From contig JBBTTA010000002.1 of assembly GCA_038064475.1 (NCBI GenBank), forward strand, positions 83,195 to 147,194: a stretch of DNA of 64,000 nucleotides, read 5' to 3'. The notes below the pieces were generated by a model that was not told the DNA's origin, made no database searches, and was given only the letters and a program-made list of their open reading frames with translations. Origin of the DNA: Patescibacteria group bacterium (GTDB taxonomy: Bacteria > Patescibacteriota > Minisyncoccia > Phycocordibacterales > EsbW-18). A program made the translations under genes and the position numbers. Below, in pieces: positions 18,450-28,314 of this stretch (the stretch's first letter is position 1; each line of letters opens with the position of its first letter).

Positions 18450-19466
18450 ATGGCATTCAAAAAGAAAGAACCAAAAGAATTGAAGCGGTTGGACAATGAT
18501 ATCGAAAATACGCTCAAGCAGATAAAAACAAAATTCGGCGAAGAGTCGATTATGAAATTTGGTGATTCACCGAAAGTTGATATCGCTGCAGTTTCAACTG
18601 GCTCTATTGGACTTGATATCGCGCTTGGCATCGGTGGACTTCCTCGCGGACGCATCGTCGAAATCTATGGTCCAGAATCGTCAGGAAAAACAACACTTGC
18701 ACTTCATGCTATTGCTGAAGCGCAGAAAGCCGGCGGTTTGTGTGCATTCGTTGATGCTGAGCATGCTATGGATCCTGTGTACACCAAAAATCTTGGTGTG
18801 AACATCGACGAACTTCTCATCTCTCAACCTGACACAGGCGAACAAGCTCTTGAAATCGTTGAATCGTTGGTGCGCACAGGAAAAATTGACGTCATCGTCA
18901 TCGACTCTGTTGCCGCACTCGTGCCAAAAGACGAAATCGAAGGAGACATGGGCGCACAACATGTCGGCAAGCAAGCACGACTCATGAGTCAGGCATTGCG
19001 TAAGCTCACCGGCATCGTCGCAAAATCAAAAACAATTGTTATCTTCATCAACCAAATCCGCATGAAGATTGGTGTGATGTTTGGTAATCCTGAAACAACT
19101 CCGGGAGGAAATGCCCTCAAGTTCTACGCATCCGTTCGTCTTGATGTGCGCCGTATCGCACAAATCAAAAAGGGTGAAGAAGTTATTGGTGGTCGTACGC
19201 GCGTGAAGGTGGTAAAGAATAAGGTTGCATCCCCTTTCAAACAGGCAGAGTTCGATCTCGTATACAACGAAGGTATTTCAAAAGAAGGAGAAATGCTCAT
19301 GATGGGAGAAGCAAATGGTGTTATTGAAAAAAGCGGTTCATCGTACAAGTACGGCGAAACAGTCATTGGACGCGGGTATGATGCGGCTCGTCTTTTCTTG
19401 AAAGAGCATAAGGATGTCTCAAAGAAAATCCTTAAAGAGATAGAAGCAAAGCTCAAAGAGGCGTAG
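18450..19466 (+). CDS. recA: Recombinase RecA
   Basis: GPESSGKTT Walker A. Canonical RecA core sequence throughout. Confidence 0.95.
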   Translation: MAFKKKEPKELKRLDNDIENTLKQIKTKFGEESIMKFGDSPKVDIAAVSTGSIGLDIALGIGGLPRGRIVEIYGPESSGKTTLALHAIAEAQKAGGLCAFVDAEHAMDPVYTKNLGVNIDELLISQPDTGEQALEIVESLVRTGKIDVIVIDSVAALVPKDEIEGDMGAQHVGKQARLMSQALRKLTGIVAKSKTIVIFINQIRMKIGVMFGNPETTPGGNALKFYASVRLDVRRIAQIKKGEEVIGGRTRVKVVKNKVASPFKQAEFDLVYNEGISKEGEMLMMGEANGVIEKSGSSYKYGETVIGRGYDAARLFLKEHKDVSKKILKEIEAKLKEA

Positions 19467-19530
19467 GTTGTCGGTTTAAAAGGTGCGTGGTACACTCCCT
19501 GTGTGCCCAGAGGGGCTTTTTTATTGCTTT

Positions 19531-20109
19531 ATGTTGGCATATAACGATATTCGAATTGGTAAAGTGATTATTTTCAACGGCGAGCCGTACGCTGTTTTGG
19601 CGTCGCACGTCTTTCGCAAACAACAGCGCAAGCCCGTGAATGCGACAAAGTTGAAGAATCTCATCACAGGCAAAGTAACTGAATACTCTTTCCACGTTTC
19701 TGAAAAAGCTGAAGAAGCTGATATCGAAACACGTCCCCTCACCTACATTTACAACTCCCCCGCCAAAGGCGGACAAGCGCCACAGTGGTGGTTCCACCGC
19801 ACCGGAAACCCTTCCGAGCGCGTAACGTTACCTGAAGATCTTTTGGGAGATCAAAAACAATTTCTTAAAGAAAAAATGGAACTCGAAGGTCTCTACTTCG
19901 AAGAAAAGCCATTTGGCATCCGTTTGCCTATCAAAATGATCCTCAAAGTAACCGAGGCCCCCCCAAATGTCCGTGGTAACACCGCACAGGGTGGCGACAA
20001 ACTTGTGACACTTGAAACAGGGGCAAAAATAACGACTCCTATGTTCGTTGAGGCTGGTGACATGATTGAAGTCAACACAGAAACTCAAGAATACGTCGGT
20101 CGCGCCTAA
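19531..20109 (+). CDS. efp: Elongation factor P
   Basis: EF-P three-domain pattern (KVIIFNGEPYAVL..., GDKLVTLETGAKITTPMFVEAGDMIEVNTETQEYVGRA). Start taken at MLAYNDIRIG. Confidence 0.85.
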   Translation: MLAYNDIRIGKVIIFNGEPYAVLASHVFRKQQRKPVNATKLKNLITGKVTEYSFHVSEKAEEADIETRPLTYIYNSPAKGGQAPQWWFHRTGNPSERVTLPEDLLGDQKQFLKEKMELEGLYFEEKPFGIRLPIKMILKVTEAPPNVRGNTAQGGDKLVTLETGAKITTPMFVEAGDMIEVNTETQEYVGRA

Positions 20110-20139
20110 AATCTACTCCACATTTGTTTTTATAAAGCA

Positions 20140-20345
20140 CGGATAAAGGTTCTGTGGAACCTGTGTTAGCTCCTCGGCTCGGAGGTATAAAAGAGTACTT
20201 TTATACCTCTCTCGCTCTACGTCGCTAATAAAATCCTACTGGATTTTTCCTCGTACTCGTGCCGCCGCACTCGCAAGTCTTTATAAAAACAAATATCTCG
20301 TTTACCCGTTAATACAAACAGGTTGACAAACAACCTGTTTTTTGG
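20140..20345 (+). repeat. Intergenic repeat element (gcacggataaa ... aaaatcctactggatttttcctcgtactcg..ctcgcaagtc ... ttacccgttaa plus terminator), copy 3
   Basis: Shares 40-60-nt blocks with 10128-10200 and 9505-9560. Ends with hairpin aaacaggttgacaaacaacctgttt. Confidence 0.5.
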
Positions 20346-20384
20346 TATAGAACATTAGACGTTCCAATCACAGAGGAGAATCTG

Positions 20385-20600
20385 ATGGCATTCACCAAAC
20401 AAGATGTGTCGTCGTTTCTCGTGAAGGAGCCCCTGCTCGACCCTGAAAACATGAGGAAAATGGCTCCGGAGAGCCGACGAAGCCTCATCAATCACGTCGA
20501 GGGCCTTCGCGAAAGGCTTCTCCCACTCGACCTGTTCGCTCCCATCCCCACGGACGTCGAAGTCCTCTTCCGTGAGGTCCGAGCAATCGCTGGCTACTGA
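20385..20600 (+). CDS. Small hypothetical protein (71 aa) in a GC-rich (~55%) patch
   Basis: GAGGAG SD 7 nt upstream of the ATG. Terminator hairpin at 20617-20650. The overlapping minus-strand ORF lacks start signals. Confidence 0.35.
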   Translation: MAFTKQDVSSFLVKEPLLDPENMRKMAPESRRSLINHVEGLRERLLPLDLFAPIPTDVEVLFREVRAIAGY

Positions 20601-20780
20601 ACCAAAGCCCAACAAAAAAGCCCAATGCTTTCCGTTGGGCTTTTTTCTATTCCTAAACTCCAAGAAAACGTTTGGAACCTCAGATGCGAGGCGTGAGCGA
20701 AGCTCGGACTGAACAATAGTTATTCTATTGTGAGGGCGGACCGGAGTTCGCAACAAAGTAGATGGGGCTTCAGAAACGTT

Positions 20781-20981
20781 CTAGCGGGCGATGTAAGGGA
20801 GGAACCCCATGAATCGTGCGCGTTTTACAGCCTGCGCGAGGTCACGCTGGTGTGTTGCACATACGCCTGTGTAGCGTCGTGTTTTCAAACGGCCGTATGA
20901 GTTGATGAATTGACGAAGAAGCACGACATCCTTGTAGTCGATGTGTTCGATATTGTTTTGTGTGAAGTAACAGTTTTTCAT
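20781..20981 (-). CDS. rpsR: 30S ribosomal protein S18
   Basis: 66 aa. ...TGVCATHQRDLAQAVKRARFMGFLPY matches the S18 core. Classic rpsF-ssb-rpsR operon order. Confidence 0.85.
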   Translation of the reverse strand: MKNCYFTQNNIEHIDYKDVVLLRQFINSYGRLKTRRYTGVCATHQRDLAQAVKRARFMGFLPYIAR

Positions 20982-20998
20982 AAAGTCTCTTGTGTTTT

Positions 20999-21463
20999 TT
21001 AAAATGGAATGTCGTCAGGATTAATACCTTCGTCGCTCGCGTCTGGATATTGAATCGTATCGAGCTCAGGTTCTTTTGCGGCGGCTGGTGCTTCTTGTTT
21101 CTGATATCCACCTCCGCTTTGCTCCCGCACACCTGCACTTCGTGGACCAAACTGTACGCGGTCAGCAACAATTTCTGTACGATATTTTTTCTGTCCATCT
21201 GGTCCGTCCCAACTTCGTGTCACGATACGTCCTTCAACCAACGCTGATGCTCCTTTACGAAGATACTGTGCTGATGTTTCTGCCTGACGACCGAATACAA
21301 CGATGTTGTGGTACTCCGCAGTCTCCTGTCGCTTACCCTCTTTATCTGTCCATGTACGGTTTGTTGCAAGGCTGAATGTTGTCACTGTTGTTCCTGACGG
21401 AAGTGATTTCTGTTCAGGATCTCGAGTTAAGTTACCGAAAATGAGTGCCTTGTTGAGATACAT
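20999..21463 (-). CDS. ssb: Single-stranded DNA-binding protein
   Basis: OB-fold SSB sequence. Gly/Gln-rich linker. Acidic C-terminal tip DDIPF. Confidence 0.9.
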   Translation of the reverse strand: MYLNKALIFGNLTRDPEQKSLPSGTTVTTFSLATNRTWTDKEGKRQETAEYHNIVVFGRQAETSAQYLRKGASALVEGRIVTRSWDGPDGQKKYRTEIVADRVQFGPRSAGVREQSGGGYQKQEAPAAAKEPELDTIQYPDASDEGINPDDIPF

Positions 21464-21508
21464 GATTGATTTTATTAGCGAGTCGGAACGAACTTATTAA
21501 AATCATCA

Positions 21509-21593
21509 CCCCGCCCCACTTTTGTGGCGCTGATGATATTTTCTATACTATTTTTTGCTGTTTGAATCATTTGTTTTAAAAAGTGGGGCGGGG
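21509..21593 (-). promoter_or_regulatory. Long-range inverted repeat (ccccgccccactttt ...55 nt... aaaagtggggcgggg) between rpsF and ssb
   Basis: Two perfect 15-nt arms. Possible intercistronic regulatory or processing hairpin. Confidence 0.35.
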
Positions 21594-21623
21594 TTGTGGC
21601 GAATACAGTCACTTCGTTCCTTA

Positions 21624-22118
21624 TTACGCTAACAATTTTTCGATTTCCGCATCAATCACCGCTACGTTTGGAACAGAAGCCACAGCACCCTCTTCAATTG
21701 GTGCTTCGGAAACCATTTCCTCTGTCTTAGGAACTTCACGAACGTATGATTCACGAGTAGTCTTTACCAAAAGTGAGCGGAGAACTGTTGGCTTCCCTGC
21801 AACAAACGCTTTGAGGTCGTGTGCAATTGCTGGAATTGTTTCGAACTTCATCCAACCAAAGTATGCGGTGTTGAAGGTATAACGCTTGCGTTCGATGTCA
21901 CGCTGCATTGGGTATGCAAGGTTGAAAAGCACAGGAGCCTCTTCGCTGATAAGCGTTCCTCCTGCTTTTGTGATTTTTTCGCGAATAGCGTCAAATTCGG
22001 CACGTGCGCCGTCTTCATTAATTGAAGTCACGAAGTGAATACCTACCTCGTAAATGCGAGGATTAGCATCCATGTCCATATCTTCCATGTTTTCCGCCTT
22101 TATTTCCTTCTCATCCAT
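21624..22118 (-). CDS. rpsF: 30S ribosomal protein S6 with an extended acidic C-terminus
   Basis: RIYEVGIHFV...LAYPM... pattern plus operon context. True start may be the internal MDANPRIYEV (22073). Confidence 0.75.
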   Translation of the reverse strand: MDEKEIKAENMEDMDMDANPRIYEVGIHFVTSINEDGARAEFDAIREKITKAGGTLISEEAPVLFNLAYPMQRDIERKRYTFNTAYFGWMKFETIPAIAHDLKAFVAGKPTVLRSLLVKTTRESYVREVPKTEEMVSEAPIEEGAVASVPNVAVIDAEIEKLLA

Positions 22119-22167
22119 AGAAAAGCATCATACCATAGGCTGTTTCAGGGAGCAACGAGGCCTTTAT

Positions 22168-22971
22168 TTAATTTTGAGGGATACCAAAGACACGCAAGGC
22201 ATTCTCTACCAATGTCTTCCTAAAGCTCTCAAAATCGGCTCCACGAACCTCCGCAAGGGTTCGAACGACATGCTCAACATACAAAGGCTCATTTCGATGC
22301 CCACGAAAAGGTTCTGGCGTTGCAAACGGCGCATCTGTTTCCGCCATAATCATGTTCTCGGGTATGAACTTGATGACATCGTCGTAGTCTCGGCTAAAGG
22401 TGATCGGACCATCAAATGACATCGTAAAACCGAGATCTAGGAATTTTTGTGCAGTCGGAATGTCCCCAACAAAAAAGTGAATGTTACCGCGAAGTTTGCT
22501 ATTTGGTGCTTGATGCTTGGTGCTTTCGAGTATCTCGATAATATCTTCATACGCATCCATACTACCCTTCCGAGGGCGCCCATGAATCATGAGTGGCATA
22601 TCGTGCTTCAGTGCAAGAACGATGTGTGCTTCAAACATTTTCTTTTGCGCTTCTTTTGTTTCTGTATCATTAGGATCAATACGAAAATAGTCGAGTCCAC
22701 ACTCTCCTATCGCAACAACCTTCCTGTCTTCTGCAAGTTTTGAGAATGTTTCCTCATCAAATGCTTCGCCGTGTGTCGGATGAATGCCAACCGTTGCAAA
22801 AAGATGCGCATGCTCGTGCGCGAGTTCCACCGCAGCCTGTGACGTGCCGAGCTCTGTGCCCACCGTAATGGTGCCCATACCAATTTCTTTCATCTTTTCA
22901 ATAATCAATGATCGATCAGTATCAAAATCTTGAAATGTGAGATGCGAATGTATGTCGAAGTAGCGGTACAT
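22168..22971 (-). CDS. tatD: TatD-family metal-dependent DNase/hydrolase
   Basis: DIHSHL start. ...GECGLDY...HGR....FDGPITF..ETDAPF motifs. Confidence 0.85.
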   Translation of the reverse strand: MYRYFDIHSHLTFQDFDTDRSLIIEKMKEIGMGTITVGTELGTSQAAVELAHEHAHLFATVGIHPTHGEAFDEETFSKLAEDRKVVAIGECGLDYFRIDPNDTETKEAQKKMFEAHIVLALKHDMPLMIHGRPRKGSMDAYEDIIEILESTKHQAPNSKLRGNIHFFVGDIPTAQKFLDLGFTMSFDGPITFSRDYDDVIKFIPENMIMAETDAPFATPEPFRGHRNEPLYVEHVVRTLAEVRGADFESFRKTLVENALRVFGIPQN

Positions 22972-23020
22972 GTTTGGGAAGCTTATAGCTGATAGCTTGT
23001 AGCTTGTAGAAAATACAAAA

Positions 23021-24460
23021 TTAATCCTTACGCGCGAAAAGTGTTTCGGGCATGGTGTGCGAAGTTATGGCGTGCTGAATCTTCTCCGCAGTCCCTGGCA
23101 TGAACGGTGTGAGGAATGCTGCAATGTGCCATAGCGTTTCAACGAGTGACGCAACATCTCGGCGCGCAGTATCTGCATCAACTTTTATTTTCTTAAATGG
23201 TTCGTGTTCTTGAATAAAACCATCTGCTTGTGCAATATGCTCACGAATGACACCAAATGCTTCGTCAAAACGATATCGGTTGAATGCGTCTGTATAGCCC
23301 TTTGCATCAGCGATGATTTTCTCTGTGGTTGGAAGCGTAAGACCGTCCCATCCAATGTCATATGACGTCGCCATTTTCATCACACGCGACGTAAGGTTAC
23401 CCACACCGTTTGCAAGGTAGGCATTATAAGCTGTGGTAAGGCGCTCCCGTGTGATGTCACTGTCTTCATACGGATGTGCTTCCGCAAGCATGAAAAAGCG
23501 AAGTGCCTCAACACCATATGTTTCAAGAAGTGCAACTGGGTCAACCACGTTTCCAAGACTCTTACTCATTTTTTGCCCATTACTATTGAGAAAACCGTGA
23601 TAAAACACCGCATCAGTTGTTTTTACATGCGCTGACATAAGCATTGCCTGCCACATCAACGACTGCATACGAATCTGGTCCTTTCCAGCAAATTGCACAA
23701 CGTCGCCTTCTTCCCAATATTTTTTAAAACCATCCGCATCTGGCCAATCCAGTGTTGAAACGTAATTCACGAGCGCATCAAACCACACGTACATGACGTG
23801 AAGATTGTCATTTGGAACAGAAATACCCCACGACATTTTTTCTTTGAGACGTGACACACTGAAATCCTCAAGCCCTGCGTTTACAAATGTAAGCGCTTCG
23901 AGTCGGCGTGACTCGGGAACGATAACACCTTCACGTGAAAGATATTTGGCGAGCTTCTCTTGATATTTTGAAAAACGGAAGAAATAATTTTCTTCTTCAA
24001 TAACCTGAATCTCAAGATTTGGATGGAGAATGCAGTGCCCGTGTTCAATTTCTGAATCTGTCTTTTGCATTTCACAGCCAACACAGTACTTTACTGAGTA
24101 GTTCTTTTTGTAGATGTCCCCTGCCGCATCACATCGTCGCCAAAATTCTTGCGCAGCAGTTACGTGATCCGCATCTGTTGTACGAATAAAACGCGTGTAA
24201 CCAATGTTGAGCGTCTCCATCAACGCTTTAAATTTTTCTGCGTACTCATCCGCATATGCTTGTGGTGTTACACCTGCTTCAAGCGCTTTTGAATAAATCT
24301 TTTGCCCGTGTTCGTCAGTGCCCGTATTGAAAAAGACATCACGTCCCATAATGCGCGCGAAGCGCGCGTAACAATCAGCCTCAATAAACTCAAGTGCATG
24401 CCCGAGGTGAGGTTTATCATTCACGTATGGAAGTGTCGTCGTCAGATACAGCGGCCGCAT
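23021..24460 (-). CDS. metG: Methionyl-tRNA synthetase
   Basis: HLGHA (HIGH) and KMSKS motifs. Zn-knuckle CxxC...CxxC. Confidence 0.9.
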   Translation of the reverse strand: MRPLYLTTTLPYVNDKPHLGHALEFIEADCYARFARIMGRDVFFNTGTDEHGQKIYSKALEAGVTPQAYADEYAEKFKALMETLNIGYTRFIRTTDADHVTAAQEFWRRCDAAGDIYKKNYSVKYCVGCEMQKTDSEIEHGHCILHPNLEIQVIEEENYFFRFSKYQEKLAKYLSREGVIVPESRRLEALTFVNAGLEDFSVSRLKEKMSWGISVPNDNLHVMYVWFDALVNYVSTLDWPDADGFKKYWEEGDVVQFAGKDQIRMQSLMWQAMLMSAHVKTTDAVFYHGFLNSNGQKMSKSLGNVVDPVALLETYGVEALRFFMLAEAHPYEDSDITRERLTTAYNAYLANGVGNLTSRVMKMATSYDIGWDGLTLPTTEKIIADAKGYTDAFNRYRFDEAFGVIREHIAQADGFIQEHEPFKKIKVDADTARRDVASLVETLWHIAAFLTPFMPGTAEKIQHAITSHTMPETLFARKD

Positions 24461-24468
24461 ACAGAGTA

Positions 24469-25539
24469 TTAGATAAGTGTGTGATCTCGCTTTGGCGCAT
24501 TCTGAAGCTTCAAGTCATGAATGAACTCCATGAATGCCGCCGCGAGAGGCACTGAGAGAAGTGCGCCCAAGAGTCCCCCTAGCTGCGCACCGATGATAAG
24601 AGCGAGAATCACCACCATTGCGGGAACACCGACCACTTTATTTACGACCAGTGGATAGATGAGGTGGTTCTCAAATTGTTGAATGATGATGTAGAGACCC
24701 GTGACGAGAAGCGCCGCGGTAAGACCTCCATCACCAAAAGCGACGAGAATCGCTGGAATGCTTGAAATAATCGGACCAAAGAGCGGAATAAGTTCAAAGA
24801 GTGCGGCAAGAAGCGCAAAAAGAAGTGCGTGCTTCACGCCAAGAATCGTAAGGCCCAAGAACACCAAGACGCCAACGATAAGCATGAGAAGCAGTTGTCC
24901 CTGCATCCAGCGACCAATTTTTTTCTGTGAACGCTCCCACAAATCGATTGCGTACGCCTGGTGCGTGTGTGGCGTTACGATACGGAGAAAGTTTTCAATT
25001 CCCCGCTCTTGCACGGCAAAGTAGAACGACAAGATAATGACAAGGATGAATGAGAAGAATCCCCCGAAGACTGAACTCACAACACCAAAGACACTGCCTG
25101 GGATTTCAAGGAATGAACGGAATCCTGTCACGAGATCTTGTGCAGAAAGTGTACGCGAAAGACCTGTAAGTACGTCTGTTGATGTCGCACTTGAGATATT
25201 CTCTATGAATGGAGAGAGTTCAACAGCACTAAAGTATGTCGGAATTTGTGAAATGAAATTCGCCGCATCCGCAAGCATTGATGGCAAAATAAAGTACACC
25301 GTTCCAAAAAGTACAAGTGCAACCACTGCGTACGTAATCACCACCGATGCCAAACGAGGTACACGATAGTGTTTAAACCACTTCGTCACAGGTTCAATGG
25401 CAGACGCAATCACAATTGCTGCGATAACGACAAGCACAACGTCACGCAAAATATAGAGCACAAGGAGACCAATAATGACCATTGCGGCTTTAAAAACCGA
25501 CAGAGCGCTTATATGAACGGTTGTTTGGTGTCGTTCCAT
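24469..25539 (-). CDS. AI-2E family transporter (PerM/YhhT-like permease)
   Basis: 356 aa, 7-8 TM. Typical AI-2E hydrophobic architecture. Confidence 0.65.
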   Translation of the reverse strand: MERHQTTVHISALSVFKAAMVIIGLLVLYILRDVVLVVIAAIVIASAIEPVTKWFKHYRVPRLASVVITYAVVALVLFGTVYFILPSMLADAANFISQIPTYFSAVELSPFIENISSATSTDVLTGLSRTLSAQDLVTGFRSFLEIPGSVFGVVSSVFGGFFSFILVIILSFYFAVQERGIENFLRIVTPHTHQAYAIDLWERSQKKIGRWMQGQLLLMLIVGVLVFLGLTILGVKHALLFALLAALFELIPLFGPIISSIPAILVAFGDGGLTAALLVTGLYIIIQQFENHLIYPLVVNKVVGVPAMVVILALIIGAQLGGLLGALLSVPLAAAFMEFIHDLKLQNAPKRDHTLI

Positions 25540-25566
25540 AAAGCGAGTATATCACGTTGTTTAGGC

Positions 25567-27504
25567 TTATTCCGCTGCTAGAACACGGTCGTGGTTCACT
25601 GGCGCACCATCCTCTTCAAGGTGGATATTTGCAGCGGATTCTACGTCTCCAATTTCTCCACCAATGAATTCATCAAGGGCTGAAAAAATGCTGTCGCCGA
25701 TTAATTCTGGCGCACTCCCAACCTGTGGTGCTGATGGTGTCATCCCCACTTGGAACGACACTTTACGTGGAGCCTTGTTATATCCTGCGCCCGCAAGAAC
25801 ATCCCCAACCGTCCACAACACTTCACGTGATGAAGCGGTGTACGTTACGTTTTCTGTTGATGGTCGCACTTCATTTTTCCAAGAAACATACGGGGGCAAC
25901 ACAGCACGCACCGTGCCACCTGAAAGCTCATTCACGCTTGAAGAAACCGTCCACGTGATAGTGTATGTTGTTTCTTCTTCAACAACAGGTGGTAGTGGTC
26001 CTTCGTTATCAATTGGTCCTGTTGCATATGTTACTAACGTATCGATACCCACACTTGAAGCAAGCATGACGCGATGACGTACCTCAGAGCGAATGGTCTT
26101 CTCCGTATCATCTTCGCCTACCGGTATTGCAGTCAATCGTGCAGTAACAGGTACCTCTGGATTTGTACTCATACCACCAAGCTGACTCGAGGGTTTGAGA
26201 TTAAATGAAAAGTTTACTTCACCACGTGATCCTGGGTTAATAAATTCAAGATCATCAACACTTTGCTGATCCCATGTAATCGTATTGTTTGAAGAATTAT
26301 AAAAGCCCCCCACAACAAAGACACTGCTTTCATCAAACGCGGAACCATCAAGCTTAACTGTGAGCACACCTTCACCTAGTTTATCGCGTAAATTGTTTCG
26401 CCATTCTACTTTTCCTCGAACAATCGTGCCCGGCTGTGCAACAACAGATTCGGCTTCGCTACCATTCAATGTCATCGTGAGATTTATAAATGGACGTTCA
26501 ATCTCAACCTCATGCTGTGCTTTCACAAATGATGTACCAAGTGTTGTGGTGTCTTGTTGCGACGCAATACCAAGATCAAAATGGAAGATGCGCTCTTCAT
26601 TGTCTTGTCCTTCAAGCACACCTTTCACAAGAATCTCTCGTGTGCCCTCTGGCTCTATATCGCCCAACACCCACAATGTATCGCTATATGACGCTTCGGG
26701 GTCTGCTTCGGTAAAGGTAAACCCAAATGGGTATTCGCCGCGCACAACAACGTTTTCAAGCGGGAATGAAGAGTTTGATCGCACCTTCACAAGCATTTCA
26801 ACTTCATCACCTGAATTAACTGACTTTGGTCCATCGACTGTCATTGAAAGCGGGGCCGTACCAATTGACACCGTAAACACGCTTTCCTTCACAAAAATCG
26901 CACCCGAGCCCGCAATGCGGTACTCAATCGTAATGTATACATCGCGTGTGCTTCCCTCCTCTCCAAAAAGGATTGCTTCTGTCGTGGTTGAGACAGTTAC
27001 CCCTGGATTAATGTTCCCCAAACCCACACGGTAGTCGGTAAGTTCATTCGTCACATCATGAACGGAGCGCGTACCGTCTGGATATTCCAAAATAAGATCC
27101 ACCACCTCAAGGGTTGCCGCATTTCTGTTCTTAATATCAATAGAAAGCGGCAATGTGTCTCCCGCAGCGATTGAAACTGGGCCTGTCACCGAAATATCAA
27201 TCTTCCCTGCTGAAACGACATTGCGGTTATTACTCAAAAAGAAGAATGCCGCAGCAAGCGATACCGCAAAAAATAAAATAGCAACAAGAAAAATCCACTT
27301 CGCTGTTGTGTGATGTTGCGCAAGTTTCATATCAAGAGAAAAAGATTTTGGGTGTTCATGTTCATGTTGCCAATCTTGTGGCACGTCCGTTACGTTTTGA
27401 TGAAGCCCTGAACGACGCTCTTCGGGTACACCATCACCCGGCGTGTACAACTTTTGTGTAAGACTCTCAATCGGTCCTTCTTCTTGTTGACGAGATTCTG
27501 TCAT
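25567..27504 (-). CDS. Large hypothetical membrane-anchored extracytoplasmic protein (645 aa)
   Basis: Charged N-terminus, single TM (WIFLVAILFFAVSLAAAFFFL), then a beta-rich ectodomain. Confidence 0.5.
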   Translation of the reverse strand: MTESRQQEEGPIESLTQKLYTPGDGVPEERRSGLHQNVTDVPQDWQHEHEHPKSFSLDMKLAQHHTTAKWIFLVAILFFAVSLAAAFFFLSNNRNVVSAGKIDISVTGPVSIAAGDTLPLSIDIKNRNAATLEVVDLILEYPDGTRSVHDVTNELTDYRVGLGNINPGVTVSTTTEAILFGEEGSTRDVYITIEYRIAGSGAIFVKESVFTVSIGTAPLSMTVDGPKSVNSGDEVEMLVKVRSNSSFPLENVVVRGEYPFGFTFTEADPEASYSDTLWVLGDIEPEGTREILVKGVLEGQDNEERIFHFDLGIASQQDTTTLGTSFVKAQHEVEIERPFINLTMTLNGSEAESVVAQPGTIVRGKVEWRNNLRDKLGEGVLTVKLDGSAFDESSVFVVGGFYNSSNNTITWDQQSVDDLEFINPGSRGEVNFSFNLKPSSQLGGMSTNPEVPVTARLTAIPVGEDDTEKTIRSEVRHRVMLASSVGIDTLVTYATGPIDNEGPLPPVVEEETTYTITWTVSSSVNELSGGTVRAVLPPYVSWKNEVRPSTENVTYTASSREVLWTVGDVLAGAGYNKAPRKVSFQVGMTPSAPQVGSAPELIGDSIFSALDEFIGGEIGDVESAANIHLEEDGAPVNHDRVLAAE

Positions 27505-27526
27505 AGATACAATTCAGTATATCAGA

Positions 27527-27559
27527 GGGGTCTGACCCCACTAGGTGGGGTCAGACCCC
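27527..27559. repeat. Palindromic element ggggtctgaccccactaggtggggtcagacccc (copy 1; copy 2 at 56198-56230)
   Basis: Two inverted copies of ggggtcWgacccc. Same element recurs upstream of ileS. A second hairpin, acactgagtgttaaacactcagt, follows. Confidence 0.5.
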
Positions 27560-27606
27560 AAGCAAAGTCTTGCCAAACACTGAGTGTTAAACACTCAGTA
27601 TTTGGC

Positions 27607-28305
27607 TTACACGATATCGAATTCTTCGAACACCTGTCGGTACAAATCAATAACACGCTTTGCTTCACGATGCGTCAAAATGAAGTCTGATCCGTGGTGT
27701 GCGATGCGATTACGAATCTTATGTGCCTCCCATGCCATTTCGAGCGTCGCGAAGTCACTCTGTTCAATACCTTTCAACTTCTCACCAAGTGTATCGCCGT
27801 GATTCCCCATGCTGGTTACAAGCTCATCAAGCATGATGTCTGCTTCAAGAATAGCAATACGCCAGTCTCCTGGGTTTTCTGACGTTGAAAGCGTTATGAC
27901 ATGCTCCCATTTGTCATTCTTTTCTGACACACCAACACCGGCGATTTTCTCTTCAAGCACCTTCATCTGCTCATTGTGTGCTTTCATTACGTGGCTGTGC
28001 TTTCGCATCGCATACATTGCCCCCGCTCCCGCGAGCGCTGCTACAATCCACGCAATCCATACGTACATCTGTTTGAATGTTGCAAACCAACCCTCAGTGG
28101 CACCCAGTCGATCTGCAAGATTTTGAATGTACGTGATAAATGAAAAACCTTCGTCAAAGCGATCCCCTGCAACACGCTCAACTCCACCGAGAACACTCGA
28201 CAATAGAAGGAGTCCGAAAATAATTGCGAATATTGTTGCGAGGACTGTAGTATCACTTACTGGTCCTCCCCCACTCGGTGCTGGTTTTTTCTTGTCATCA
28301 GCCAT
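27607..28305 (-). CDS. Hypothetical membrane protein with a C-terminal HEPN-like motif (R-x4-H: RNRIAHHG)
   Basis: Two TM. C-terminal ...EAHKIRNRIAHHGSDF. Confidence 0.45.
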   Translation of the reverse strand: MADDKKKPAPSGGGPVSDTTVLATIFAIIFGLLLLSSVLGGVERVAGDRFDEGFSFITYIQNLADRLGATEGWFATFKQMYVWIAWIVAALAGAGAMYAMRKHSHVMKAHNEQMKVLEEKIAGVGVSEKNDKWEHVITLSTSENPGDWRIAILEADIMLDELVTSMGNHGDTLGEKLKGIEQSDFATLEMAWEAHKIRNRIAHHGSDFILTHREAKRVIDLYRQVFEEFDIV

Positions 28306-28314
28306 AGTTATAGT

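Noticed and set aside
20355-20756. 133-aa minus-strand ORF overlapping the 71-aa plus-strand ORF
   Set aside because: Starts with TTG and has no SD. The plus-strand ORF has GAGGAG plus ATG and a downstream terminator. Only one of the two is likely real, and neither is certain.
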